64,000 nt of DNA from an uncultured Candidatus Saccharibacteria bacterium (GTDB lineage Bacteria; Patescibacteriota; Doudnabacteria; UBA920), in assembly GCA_964600695.1 (NCBI GenBank), contig CAZRKK010000001.1, positions 168,647-232,646 on the forward strand. Direction: 5' to 3'. Shown one piece after another: positions 30,031 through 39,376 of the stretch. The notes beneath the pieces are model-generated. The model ran no database searches. It was not told where the DNA came from and saw only the letters and a program-made list of their open reading frames with translations. Position numbers and translations under genes: made by a program. Within the stretch, counting starts at the first letter, position 1. The number at the start of each line of letters is the position of its first letter.

Positions 30031-30585
30031 ATGAATGAACACACAAATATAAACTTAAATATTATAATTTCTGCTAAAGCAGGGCAACAAGATGCCTTGG
30101 CAGATATTTATGAAGCATATTATGCTCGAGTTTATAGATTCATATTCTATCGAGTCAGTCATAAAGAAACTGCGGAGGATATTACAGAAGAAGTGTTCAT
30201 TAAAGCCTTCAGTGGTTTAAAAAATTTAGAACAGCTCGAAGCCTTTGAAGGTTGGTTGTTCCAAATAGCAAGAAATTTAGTTATTGATTACTACCGAAAG
30301 AAAAAACAACTAGTTCCTCTCGATAGTGTAGAAAACACTCTTGAATACGACACAAACGTTGTTGATATAATCAATTTACAAATTGAACAATCGATTCTTA
30401 TCAAACTTCTTAAGGAACTAAATGATGAACAACAATCAGTCATCAAAATGAAGTTCTTCGAAGAACTAGATAACTCAACCATCGCCACGATACTAAATAA
30501 AACGGAAGGTGCGATCAGAGTCATTCAGCACCGAGCCATAACTCGACTTAAAGACATATTTAAAGATTCCATATCCGGAGAATAA
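30031..30585 (+). CDS. ECF-subfamily RNA polymerase sigma factor
   Basis: Sigma70 region 2 (YRFIFYRVSHKETAEDITEEVFIKAF) and region 4 (LDNSTIATILNKTEGAIRVIQHRAITRLK) are present. Confidence 0.8.
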   Translation: MNEHTNINLNIIISAKAGQQDALADIYEAYYARVYRFIFYRVSHKETAEDITEEVFIKAFSGLKNLEQLEAFEGWLFQIARNLVIDYYRKKKQLVPLDSVENTLEYDTNVVDIINLQIEQSILIKLLKELNDEQQSVIKMKFFEELDNSTIATILNKTEGAIRVIQHRAITRLKDIFKDSISGE

Positions 30586-30597
30586 GTAAAAGAATAG

Positions 30598-31779
30598 ATG
30601 AAAGATAATAACTCAGACTACATATTAGACCAAGCCTTACAAAGCCTCTCAAAAGGAGAGATTTTTGATGATGCAAATTTAACCCCAGAACAAAAGCTAG
30701 AGCTCTCCTCTACTCTACAGATTGCCCAACTCCTATCAAATATACCAAAGGCAAACATTCCGACTCCGACTAAACAACACCGCTACGCTCAAAAAGTTAG
30801 CGTGTTTACAAAATTTGTTGAATTTATTTCTTCTCATAGAATAGCTGTTACAGCTGCCATGTTCGCCTTTATTATTACTGGTACTTATTCTGGTTATCAC
30901 GCAGCGGAAAACAGTTTACCTGGTGATAAACTTTATGGCATCAAGCTTATTGGCGAAGAAGCCCGAATCAACCTGACTTTCGATCAAGACAAAGTTGCTA
31001 ATCTTCACTTAGCATTAGCAGAAAAGAGATTAGACGAAACCAAGCGAGTAATAGAAATTAATAACCCAGAACAAGAAGCAGCAGCAATTGTAGCTTTAAC
31101 CACACAAACAGAAAAAACTTTTAGTGCTGTTTCTGAAATAGCTACAGCTAAAGCGGTTTCCCAAAACGATTCTCGCCTGCTAGATAATTTAGTTGCCATC
31201 AACAAAGAGCAAAAGTCGGTACTAGAAAACGCCTCTCGATCTGAAAGCACAAAGGAATCTGCAGAAGTAGCTTTGTCTGCTACTAAACAGACAGGAAAAA
31301 GCTTGGCAAAAATTATTGCCACAGTGAACGAACAGGCGCTTCTAGATTTACCAAACAAGATTTCTATTACAGGTACAGTTAATAGTTATGGAAAAAACAA
31401 GTTAGTAATAGAAAAAAGTACTTTTGTAGTTAATGACGCGACAGTTGTGATTGGGTCAACAGGTGAATTAGTAGTAGACCGTTTTGATAAGATTGAAGGT
31501 AAGGTGACAGTCATTGGAACCAAAGATAACGATTCTATTTTAGCTAAAAAGATTATCATCATTGATGGATCAACTAGCCTCGCTTCTGATAAAACTCCAA
31601 CCAAAGGAGAAGTAAAAGGAGTAACAACTACTAAACCAGAGGTTAAACCAACCACAACCAATACCCCAAACACGACTACAACCCCTTCAGAACCAGTAGA
31701 CAACATCTCACCACAAAAACCTAGTCAAACCCAAGCTGGATTCATTATTGAACCTAGCGAACAACAATACGTACCGTAA
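30598..31779 (+). CDS. putative anti-sigma factor-like membrane protein (DUF5667-like) with a Thr/Pro-rich tail
   Basis: It is coupled downstream of the ECF sigma gene. A single TM helix (VTAAMFAFIITGTY) and a C-terminal TTTKPEVKPTTTNTPNTTTTPSEP tail are present. Confidence 0.45.
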   Translation: MKDNNSDYILDQALQSLSKGEIFDDANLTPEQKLELSSTLQIAQLLSNIPKANIPTPTKQHRYAQKVSVFTKFVEFISSHRIAVTAAMFAFIITGTYSGYHAAENSLPGDKLYGIKLIGEEARINLTFDQDKVANLHLALAEKRLDETKRVIEINNPEQEAAAIVALTTQTEKTFSAVSEIATAKAVSQNDSRLLDNLVAINKEQKSVLENASRSESTKESAEVALSATKQTGKSLAKIIATVNEQALLDLPNKISITGTVNSYGKNKLVIEKSTFVVNDATVVIGSTGELVVDRFDKIEGKVTVIGTKDNDSILAKKIIIIDGSTSLASDKTPTKGEVKGVTTTKPEVKPTTTNTPNTTTTPSEPVDNISPQKPSQTQAGFIIEPSEQQYVP

Positions 31780-31895
31780 TATCCCCACACAAATATTCTA
31801 ATTGATCATTTCTGGATCCCTGCCTGCTAGAACTTAAGCTAGCGTGCAGACTTCCCGAAACGATAGTACCGAAAGAAACACAAACCCAACAAAAA

Positions 31896-31926
31896 ACGAG
31901 CCTATCTAGAGTACGGCTCGTTTTTG
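31896..31926 (+). terminator. rho-independent terminator
   Basis: Hairpin cgagcctatctagagtacggctcg is followed by ttttt. Confidence 0.6.
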
Positions 31927-31948
31927 ATTTATCCACATTTACAGTGGT

Positions 31949-32347
31949 ATGCCATACCGCTATAATTTCCTTATGAGACTTACTCAACGCAAAGGCGATA
32001 TTGCTGTTTCTCAAGCAGTCGCGACATTCACAAAGTATGGATATGATGTATCAATACCCTTAACTGAATCTGCTGCTTACGACTTGATTGTAGACACAGG
32101 TTTAAAATTAAAGCGGGTACAAGTACGATATACAAGCGGAAAAAAAGTTGACTTAAGACGAATTCATTCCAACTCACAAGGATATGTTGTAAAGAAGACT
32201 ACCGAAAACGCATACGATTGGCTTTATATTTATACTATCGAAAATGAAGAATTTCTCATCAAATCATGTCTTCATAATCGCCGATCAATTTCTCCAACTA
32301 AGAAGGATTTAATAGCAAATACCCTAAAATTAGAAAATCAGGTATAA
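31949..32347 (+). CDS. PD-(D/E)xK nuclease-fold-like protein (Hjc-like) with an apparently degenerate catalytic triad
   Basis: The order GD...YDLIVD...VQVRY matches the GE / D / ExK arrangement, but E is replaced by D and ExK by QxR. Length is 132 aa. Confidence 0.35.
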   Translation: MPYRYNFLMRLTQRKGDIAVSQAVATFTKYGYDVSIPLTESAAYDLIVDTGLKLKRVQVRYTSGKKVDLRRIHSNSQGYVVKKTTENAYDWLYIYTIENEEFLIKSCLHNRRSISPTKKDLIANTLKLENQV

Positions 32348-32386
32348 TATATGAAGTGAGAGAAAACTCAGAAAAACAGGTAATCT

Positions 32387-32474
<88 letters not shown>

Positions 32475-32496
32475 GAGATAACATTTAAAACAAACA

Positions 32497-32970
32497 ATGC
32501 CAAAAAAGCCGTTAACAGTTTTTGAATGGGAAGCGCCGGAATTTAGGCACTACCCCAAAAATCCAGCATGGTATATCACTTTTGTGATAGTTGTTGGCTT
32601 GTTAATTGCCTACGAAATTTTTGCTAAAGATATTTTTGGTGCTATAAGCTTGGTGTTCGTTGCTCTTCTAGCTATCTATTTTGCAAGACAGACTCCGAAG
32701 ATAATTCCAATGCAAATCAGCGATTTAGGAATTCATATCAACAATGATATTATCCCCTACCAACGTATAAAAATGTTTTGGATTGTCGATGACGGTGTCC
32801 ATAAAACACTTAACTTCGAAACCACTGCGTACCTTAACCACCTCCTCACTGTAGAACTAGAAGATATGGATGCCGATGAAATTCGCGACTTTTTAATAGA
32901 TGTACTCCCAGAACACGAAGAAATTATTCCTACTACTGCTCAAAAAATTTCTCACAGATTTAAATTTTAA
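32497..32970 (+). CDS. hypothetical membrane protein (2 TM)
   Basis: The 157-aa protein has hydrophobic segments WYITFVIVVGLLIAYEIF and AISLVFVALLAIYFA. Confidence 0.45.
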   Translation: MPKKPLTVFEWEAPEFRHYPKNPAWYITFVIVVGLLIAYEIFAKDIFGAISLVFVALLAIYFARQTPKIIPMQISDLGIHINNDIIPYQRIKMFWIVDDGVHKTLNFETTAYLNHLLTVELEDMDADEIRDFLIDVLPEHEEIIPTTAQKISHRFKF

Positions 32971-33001
32971 GTAACTCATACTTTCGAAATTATTTTCATA
33001 A

Positions 33002-35113
33002 ATGTATTCTTTAAATACAAAAATAGAACGATTGCCTGGCATTGGGCCAAGCCTAAAAAAAACCCTCAACAATTTGGGTCTTTTTTATATAGAAGATCTT
33101 TTTTATCATATCCCATTCCGCTACATAGACTTTTCGCAAAAAATTGCTATCGGTAAAGCTGAGCCAGGACAAATGGTCACGTTAGAAGGAAAAATTACCT
33201 CCATTAATGCCAGAAGATCTTTTCGATCGCGACTGCAATTTACAGAGGCGATTTTAGAAGACAATACTGGAGAAGTTCACTTAATGTGGTTTAATCAACC
33301 ATATTTAGCCAAACAATTTTCCGAAGGTGATTTAATTGTCATAGCTGGTAAAATTGAATGGCGATTAGGTAAAAAACAGATAACTAACCCATACTTCGAA
33401 AAAATTGCTTCAGATGAACTCTCAGAATCAAAAGCTACTGGAAAGATTTTACCGATCTATCACCTAACTAAAGGTATAACCAATCTACGGTTGTTAAAAC
33501 TTGTAAAAATAAGTTGGGACAATTGTAAAAAAGATTTCGCCGAACTTTTAAATCAACAGTCTTTAAAAACATACAACCTGCCGAGTATAGCAAAGTCTCT
33601 TCAGGAACTTCATTTTCCTACCAATCAATCACAAATTAACTCTAGTAGATACCGAATCGCTATTGATGACTGTTTACCACAACAAGTAGCGTCTAGTATC
33701 AAACAAAAAATCCTAATCGAAAGTTCAGCTCCAAAACTCACCAACAATGTTGAGGTGATTAAAGATGTCGTTAGCAAACTCCCTTTTACTTTAACTGATG
33801 GGCAAAAAAGAGCTACGTGGGATATCCTGCAAGACATGGCTACAGGCCACCCTATGAACCGTTTACTTGAAGGTGACGTAGGAAGCGGTAAAACGGTAGT
33901 AGCGTGGCTAGCGGCCTATATGGCGGCTTTAGACGGCTATCAAACCATTATCCTTGCCCCAACAGAAATACTAGCTAGTCAACACTATGAAACCTTTTTA
34001 AATTTAGCTAGCGACCAAGATGGCCAAAAAACCGGTGGGCAAACCACCGGACAGATAAAATCCCAGATTGCTTTGCTGACCCGAAATTTTGTTAAAGTTG
34101 GAACCAACTACTCGACAGACAAAGAAGATCTAACTAAGCAGCTTAGTACTGGCGACATTAAAATTATAATCGGTACACACGCACTACTTAATGATAATCT
34201 TCACTTCTCTAAATTAGGGTTAGTTATTATAGATGAACAACATCGCTTCGGTGTAAGCCAACGTGCTTTCCTACAAAAAACCCACAAGAGCGATCTTATT
34301 CCACACTTGTTGAGCATGACAGCAACTCCAATTCCGAGAACACTCGCCTTATCATTATTTGGGAATCTCGAGATATCACAACTTACCCAACTCCCCGCCA
34401 AAAGACAAAAGATTACTACCAAACTATTATCAGAAGCAGATCGAAATATCGCTTACGATAAGATTAGTACAGAGATTTTAGCTGGTAGACAATCCTTTAT
34501 AATCACTCCTAAAGTTGAAGAATCTGAAACAGAGGTTAAGTCTGTAAAAGCAGAGTACGAAAGACTCCAAAAGTTATTTCCTAAGTTTAAACTGGGGTTA
34601 GTTTATGGCGGCCTCAGAGGAGAAGAAAAAGATAACACCATGAATCTATTTAAAGCAGGTAAAATTGATATTCTTGTTGCCACCACAGTCATCGAAATTG
34701 GTATTGATATTCCCAATGCATCTGTGATATTAATTGAAGGCGCCGAAAACTTTGGCTTAGCCCAATTACACCAATTACGTGGACGCGTTGGTAGAGGGCC
34801 CTTCCCTAGTTTTTGCTACCTCTTTACCACTACCGAAGAACAAATGGAAACTAATCGATTAAAAATTTTTGAACAAGTTAGTGATGGTTTTGCTCTAGCA
34901 GAACACGACTTGCAAGAACGAGGATTTGGAGACTTATTCGGTGAACAACAATCAGGTTTTGCGTTCCGTTTTCCAAAATTTGTCACAATCGCTGCTTTAA
35001 AACAAGCCAGAGAGATAGCACAAGATATTCTTCGCAACGACCCACAACTCACAAACCATCAAGCCCTAAAAAAATTATCCGATAAATACCTCGAGGTAAT
35101 TCATACTGAATAA
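33002..35113 (+). CDS. recG: ATP-dependent DNA helicase RecG
   Basis: A wedge/OB N-domain and SF2 helicase motifs are present: GDVGSGKT, DEQHRFG and a TATPIPRT-like segment. Confidence 0.85.
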   Translation: MYSLNTKIERLPGIGPSLKKTLNNLGLFYIEDLFYHIPFRYIDFSQKIAIGKAEPGQMVTLEGKITSINARRSFRSRLQFTEAILEDNTGEVHLMWFNQPYLAKQFSEGDLIVIAGKIEWRLGKKQITNPYFEKIASDELSESKATGKILPIYHLTKGITNLRLLKLVKISWDNCKKDFAELLNQQSLKTYNLPSIAKSLQELHFPTNQSQINSSRYRIAIDDCLPQQVASSIKQKILIESSAPKLTNNVEVIKDVVSKLPFTLTDGQKRATWDILQDMATGHPMNRLLEGDVGSGKTVVAWLAAYMAALDGYQTIILAPTEILASQHYETFLNLASDQDGQKTGGQTTGQIKSQIALLTRNFVKVGTNYSTDKEDLTKQLSTGDIKIIIGTHALLNDNLHFSKLGLVIIDEQHRFGVSQRAFLQKTHKSDLIPHLLSMTATPIPRTLALSLFGNLEISQLTQLPAKRQKITTKLLSEADRNIAYDKISTEILAGRQSFIITPKVEESETEVKSVKAEYERLQKLFPKFKLGLVYGGLRGEEKDNTMNLFKAGKIDILVATTVIEIGIDIPNASVILIEGAENFGLAQLHQLRGRVGRGPFPSFCYLFTTTEEQMETNRLKIFEQVSDGFALAEHDLQERGFGDLFGEQQSGFAFRFPKFVTIAALKQAREIAQDILRNDPQLTNHQALKKLSDKYLEVIHTE

Positions 35114-35205
35114 ACAAACCTTGACCACAGAGGTAATTTTTGTTATAAATATCAAGTATCCACAGTTTATTCTGTGATACTAATAAAAACCCCAAACCTA
35201 CAGGA

Positions 35206-35475
35206 GTGCCCATGCAAAAGAGAAGCTACGGAGAGAGATTTGCAACATTAACCCAAAACCTTGCCAGAAGGCATCAAAAGGGAGAGGATACTTTAATCCA
35301 CATCTCTAAGGAACCAGTTAATGAACCATTCTTGGAACCATTCCAAGAAGTAAATCAAATGCGGCTTGATATCGTTTCTGGAAAGGTGAAGACCAACCCA
35401 AACCACTGGAAACCAGTGGACCCCATCGAGAAACAATACGCAGTATCTCACCTACTTGGAGTTTTCCCCAAATAA
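35206..35475 (+). CDS. small hypothetical protein
   Basis: The 89-aa ORF has an RBS (caggagtg) and a clean terminator downstream. Confidence 0.45.
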   Translation: MPMQKRSYGERFATLTQNLARRHQKGEDTLIHISKEPVNEPFLEPFQEVNQMRLDIVSGKVKTNPNHWKPVDPIEKQYAVSHLLGVFPK

Positions 35476-35491
35476 AACTCTAATTATCACA

Positions 35492-35520
35492 AAAGCGATG
35501 TTGCCATCGCTTTTTTATTT
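35492..35520 (+). terminator. rho-independent terminator
   Basis: Hairpin aaagcgatgttgccatcgcttt is followed by ttttattt. Confidence 0.6.
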
Positions 35521-35558
35521 TACAAAAATATAATCTTAATCAATTACAGTCTTTATTA

Positions 35559-36869
35559 TTAGAGCTTTAGGCTCCTGATTGACTTGGTAGTTTTAGAATT
35601 AACCACATTGGCAAAACCTAATTTTTTGGCTTCTTTTTGTCGCTTCTCTACCTGAGACACAGTTCTAATTTCCCCTAATAAACCAATTTCACCAAAAGCG
35701 GTTGTCGCTTTTGGCCAAGCTTTACCTTGATAAGAAGACAAGATAGCCATCATCACTGGTAAATCTGCGGCACGCTCTGTAACCTTAAAACCACCGGCAA
35801 TATTTACGTAAACATCTTGGTTACCCAAATTGACCCCTAATGTCTTTTGCATGATCGCAATCAATAACTGAAGACGATTAACATCAAAACCCGATGCTAC
35901 TCTCCTAGGATAACTTGCATTGGTAGTATTTGTTAGAGCTTGAATTTCTACCAACAAAACTTTATTCCCCTCAAGTAGCGTTGCGACGCAGCTACCTGGT
36001 AAAGCTTGATCCTTATGTTCCAAAAACATTGCCGCAGGGTTATCTATTTCGACTAATCCTGTATCGCGCATCTCGAATACACCAACTTCGCCAATGCTTC
36101 CAAATCGATTTTTACTACTGCGCAATATTCGTAAATTACCTAGTCTCTCACCTTCTAAGTACAACACACAATCAACCATGTGCTCGATGGTTTTTGGTCC
36201 TGCCAAAATTCCTTCTTTAGTAACATGACCGATTAGTATAATTGTAGTGTGGGTAGATTTTGCTAAGCGGATTAAAGAATTAGTAACGAAAGATAATTGC
36301 GCAACACCACCAGTGACTCCACCTGCTTCTTCGCTATACATTGTCTGAACGGAGTCGATAATAACAACTTCTGGGTTTAATTGTTGGATTGATGCAATGG
36401 CAGATTCTAAATTTGTTTCCGCTAAGACCATCACATCCTGCCTTAACCCTAACCGCACATTGCGCATCGCAATTTGTTGGGCAGATTCTTCGCCAGAAAC
36501 ATACAAAGCAGTATGCTCTGTGCCGACTAATAAATTTGCTAATTGAAGAGCCAAGGTGGATTTACCAATTCCCGGATCACCACCAAGCAAAACAACAGAA
36601 CCAGTAACTAAACCACCACCCAAGACAACATCAAATTCATCTATCCCAGTAGATAGACGTTGTACTTTGTTCTGTTTAACTTCAGAAAGTAGGACCGGTT
36701 TGATCCCAGCAAATCCCCGCCCAGATCCAGAGCCAAGAGTGGATTTTTTTGTGGACTGAATAGTCTGTTCTGCAAAGGTATTCCATTGCTCACAAGAAGG
36801 GCATTTACCTTGCCAACGAGGGCTAGAAAACCCACAGTTTTCGCATATAAAAACGATTTTGGTACTCAT
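35559..36869 (-). CDS. radA: DNA repair protein RadA/Sms
   Basis: An N-terminal C4 zinc finger (CENCGF...CPSCEQW), a RecA-like Walker A (GDPGIGKST), a KNRFG motif and a Lon-like C-terminal domain are present. Confidence 0.85.
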   Translation of the reverse strand: MSTKIVFICENCGFSSPRWQGKCPSCEQWNTFAEQTIQSTKKSTLGSGSGRGFAGIKPVLLSEVKQNKVQRLSTGIDEFDVVLGGGLVTGSVVLLGGDPGIGKSTLALQLANLLVGTEHTALYVSGEESAQQIAMRNVRLGLRQDVMVLAETNLESAIASIQQLNPEVVIIDSVQTMYSEEAGGVTGGVAQLSFVTNSLIRLAKSTHTTIILIGHVTKEGILAGPKTIEHMVDCVLYLEGERLGNLRILRSSKNRFGSIGEVGVFEMRDTGLVEIDNPAAMFLEHKDQALPGSCVATLLEGNKVLLVEIQALTNTTNASYPRRVASGFDVNRLQLLIAIMQKTLGVNLGNQDVYVNIAGGFKVTERAADLPVMMAILSSYQGKAWPKATTAFGEIGLLGEIRTVSQVEKRQKEAKKLGFANVVNSKTTKSIRSLKL

Positions 36870-36910
36870 AAAATAATTATACCTTATGAGTGATAAAATC
36901 TAGATAAAGT

Positions 36911-38050
36911 TTATTGAAGTATATGGTAATAGAGGGAGCCGTCTTGATTATTGCGGAAGAAGAGAATATCTCCATTTAGGCTTAGAAATGGCTCTGCCAC
37001 ATCAACATCTGTTCCTGGAGGGAATTCAGTTTTTTCTCCACTGCTGATTTCTATTTTATAAACTGAGTCTGTAGTTACACCTTGTCCAGCAATTCCTGAA
37101 GTTGGCACACCCGCAACAATATATGAACCGTCCTTTGACCAAACAGCTTTTGATGTAGAAGTTGCCACACCTAGATTTCGAATTTCCCCACTGGCAAGGT
37201 CTGACACCCAAAGATTAAACTTTTGAGTAGATGGATCTAAGCGGCTAAACAAAAACTTCTTGCTGTCAGGTGACCATAACACACCTTTGTTATAACCATC
37301 ACGAACTACAGACTTAAAAGTCTTCCCATCTATGCTAACTGAATTGATTGTATTTTTTGTTTGATCAGATATCTGATTACGATAGAATAGAATAGTTTGC
37401 CCATCCGGAGAAACAACAATCTCGTTATCAGGTTCGTATAAATCGGTAAGCATCTGGTAATTATTTGTGTCTGGATCAGAAATATTTAAGGTAGCCTTAC
37501 CGTCGCTTCCTACCCACACAAATAATATTTTATTTCCACTAGGGACCCAGTCTAAACTTTTTACCTGTGATGGCAAATCAATATAGTTACCTGTATCAGG
37601 ATTATAATAACTCCACTGCTTGCTAATACCACTGCCAGATTCAGCTATATAACTATTACCCACTGCTGGCCATAAAATTCGAGAAATATTAGTTTTTGCT
37701 GGAACAGTGAGTTCTGTTTTATCACTTAATAATACTGTGCTGCCTGTTACTGACATATTAGTTCGGAACAATTGACCTTGACGATTAAAGTAAGCAATCC
37801 CATCACCTTGAAAGAACAAAGCTGGAGTTATTACTGCTTCGTCTGTTAACTTAGTAGCTTGACCACTACTAGGGGTTTCTTCGGTTGGATCTTCTTGGGG
37901 AACTTCCTCGGTTGGCTCTTCTACCACGACAGGGGTTTCTTCGGTTGGAGTTGTATCGTCTTTAGATGATCTACTCCAAATAATAAATCCCAGGGTTCCG
38001 ACTATAAGGATAAATATTCCTCCTAAAATGGCGATAGCTTTTTTATTCAC
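36911..38050 (-). CDS. TolB-like PD40 beta-propeller protein with an N-terminal TM anchor and an acidic Pro/Glu/Thr linker
   Basis: PD40-type repeats are present: SPDGQTILFY, WSPDSKKFLFS and WSKDGSYIVAG. It has an N-terminal signal anchor. Confidence 0.55.
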   Translation of the reverse strand: MNKKAIAILGGIFILIVGTLGFIIWSRSSKDDTTPTEETPVVVEEPTEEVPQEDPTEETPSSGQATKLTDEAVITPALFFQGDGIAYFNRQGQLFRTNMSVTGSTVLLSDKTELTVPAKTNISRILWPAVGNSYIAESGSGISKQWSYYNPDTGNYIDLPSQVKSLDWVPSGNKILFVWVGSDGKATLNISDPDTNNYQMLTDLYEPDNEIVVSPDGQTILFYRNQISDQTKNTINSVSIDGKTFKSVVRDGYNKGVLWSPDSKKFLFSRLDPSTQKFNLWVSDLASGEIRNLGVATSTSKAVWSKDGSYIVAGVPTSGIAGQGVTTDSVYKIEISSGEKTEFPPGTDVDVAEPFLSLNGDILFFRNNQDGSLYYHILQ

Positions 38051-38136
38051 GATTCTATTTGTTTAATTTTGTTTCAATGTGTGCCAATGGCCAAAGAATG
38101 ATCTTCAAACCTTTTATATATTATAGCACAATATGC

Positions 38137-39369
38137 TTAAAACTTACTTATATCAGTGCAAACTTCATTAAAAGTAGAAGCAAATTCATTACCACTCCAC
38201 CAGTCTATAGCTTTTGTGGCCAAATTAGAAAAGAAGCCAGTACCCAGCCCTGAGGTTTCGCATATATACCAAAATATACTAGCTACAAAAGCTAAAAATA
38301 TAATGATGGCTAGTAAATCAAATAATAACAGGAAGATTTGCATTGGTTTTTTAGATAAGCCTTGCAAATACCCTTGAGTAGGAAAAACTACCCCAGCAAA
38401 CATATAAAAACTCATAAGTATTAACATTGGAATCCCTATTATCCATCCTAATATACTGAAGGTCATCCCGACAGCAATTATCAACAAAAAACCCATTAAT
38501 AAAAGCATGGAAGCTTTCTCTGCATGGAATCTAGCTTTCTTATGATGTTCTGCTGCTCCTTTAACATCTCCTTTTCTTAAGGCATTAGCAGCAGAGCCAA
38601 GTTCAAACGTACAGTCTACAGCATCACTTAAACCTAAATACATAGCTATCTCTAACAGTAAACCGATTAACAGGCCGATACCTAGAGTTTCTGGAGCAGA
38701 AGCAACTGCAGCACCACCAACTACCGTAGCTGCAGTCCCGCTAACCGCAGCGGAACCAGCTCCTGCAGCAACTTTACCTCCGACCTCTGCAGCACCTCTG
38801 ACAGCGAGCTTAGCGCCTTGTTTACCTAACTCTTCCCCAACCTTTTTGCCAACCTTTTTGACTGCTTTTTGTGCTGTCTCTTTAGCAGCCTTCTTTATAG
38901 CATCCTTGCTAACATCTTTAACTTCTTGACCGAACTTATCCTTAATTTTGTCTTTGGCGTATTTCTTTATCCTGTCTTTAGCTTCTTGCTTAATGCGTTC
39001 TCTGTTTTCTGGAGTATCAGCAGCAACACCTTTTATATTATCTAAGGCAGATTTTGCTTTTCCTATTGCGTTGCCAGCTTGCTTTGCCAAACCACCTTTT
39101 TGCGCTTGTTGATAAGAAGATTGAAACTCCGGATCTTTTTGACCATACTTTTCATTAGCAAAATTATAACCACTGTCATCATTCGTTGGTGCTTGCCTTG
39201 GGTTATTAGACTGATAACTATCTTCGTCTGTTAAAGGATTGTTCTGATAAGAACCTTGAGCATTTTGCCCAGGCACGTATTCGTCAGCATCTGACCCGCG
39301 AAAATTTGTTCCATCAAGTAACATCATATCTTTAAAATAATGGGCCCCACCAGCACTAGAGGGACCCAT
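38137..39369 (-). CDS. membrane protein of the T4SS-like locus: a Q/N/Y-rich N-terminal region, a Lys-rich coiled-coil middle and a C-terminal multi-TM region
   Basis: A Q/N-rich disordered N-terminus is followed by a KxxK-rich segment and then an Ala/Gly-rich and hydrophobic region with 4 or more TM helices. Confidence 0.5.
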   Translation of the reverse strand: MGPSSAGGAHYFKDMMLLDGTNFRGSDADEYVPGQNAQGSYQNNPLTDEDSYQSNNPRQAPTNDDSGYNFANEKYGQKDPEFQSSYQQAQKGGLAKQAGNAIGKAKSALDNIKGVAADTPENRERIKQEAKDRIKKYAKDKIKDKFGQEVKDVSKDAIKKAAKETAQKAVKKVGKKVGEELGKQGAKLAVRGAAEVGGKVAAGAGSAAVSGTAATVVGGAAVASAPETLGIGLLIGLLLEIAMYLGLSDAVDCTFELGSAANALRKGDVKGAAEHHKKARFHAEKASMLLLMGFLLIIAVGMTFSILGWIIGIPMLILMSFYMFAGVVFPTQGYLQGLSKKPMQIFLLLFDLLAIIIFLAFVASIFWYICETSGLGTGFFSNLATKAIDWWSGNEFASTFNEVCTDISKF

Positions 39370-39376
39370 GGTAGCT

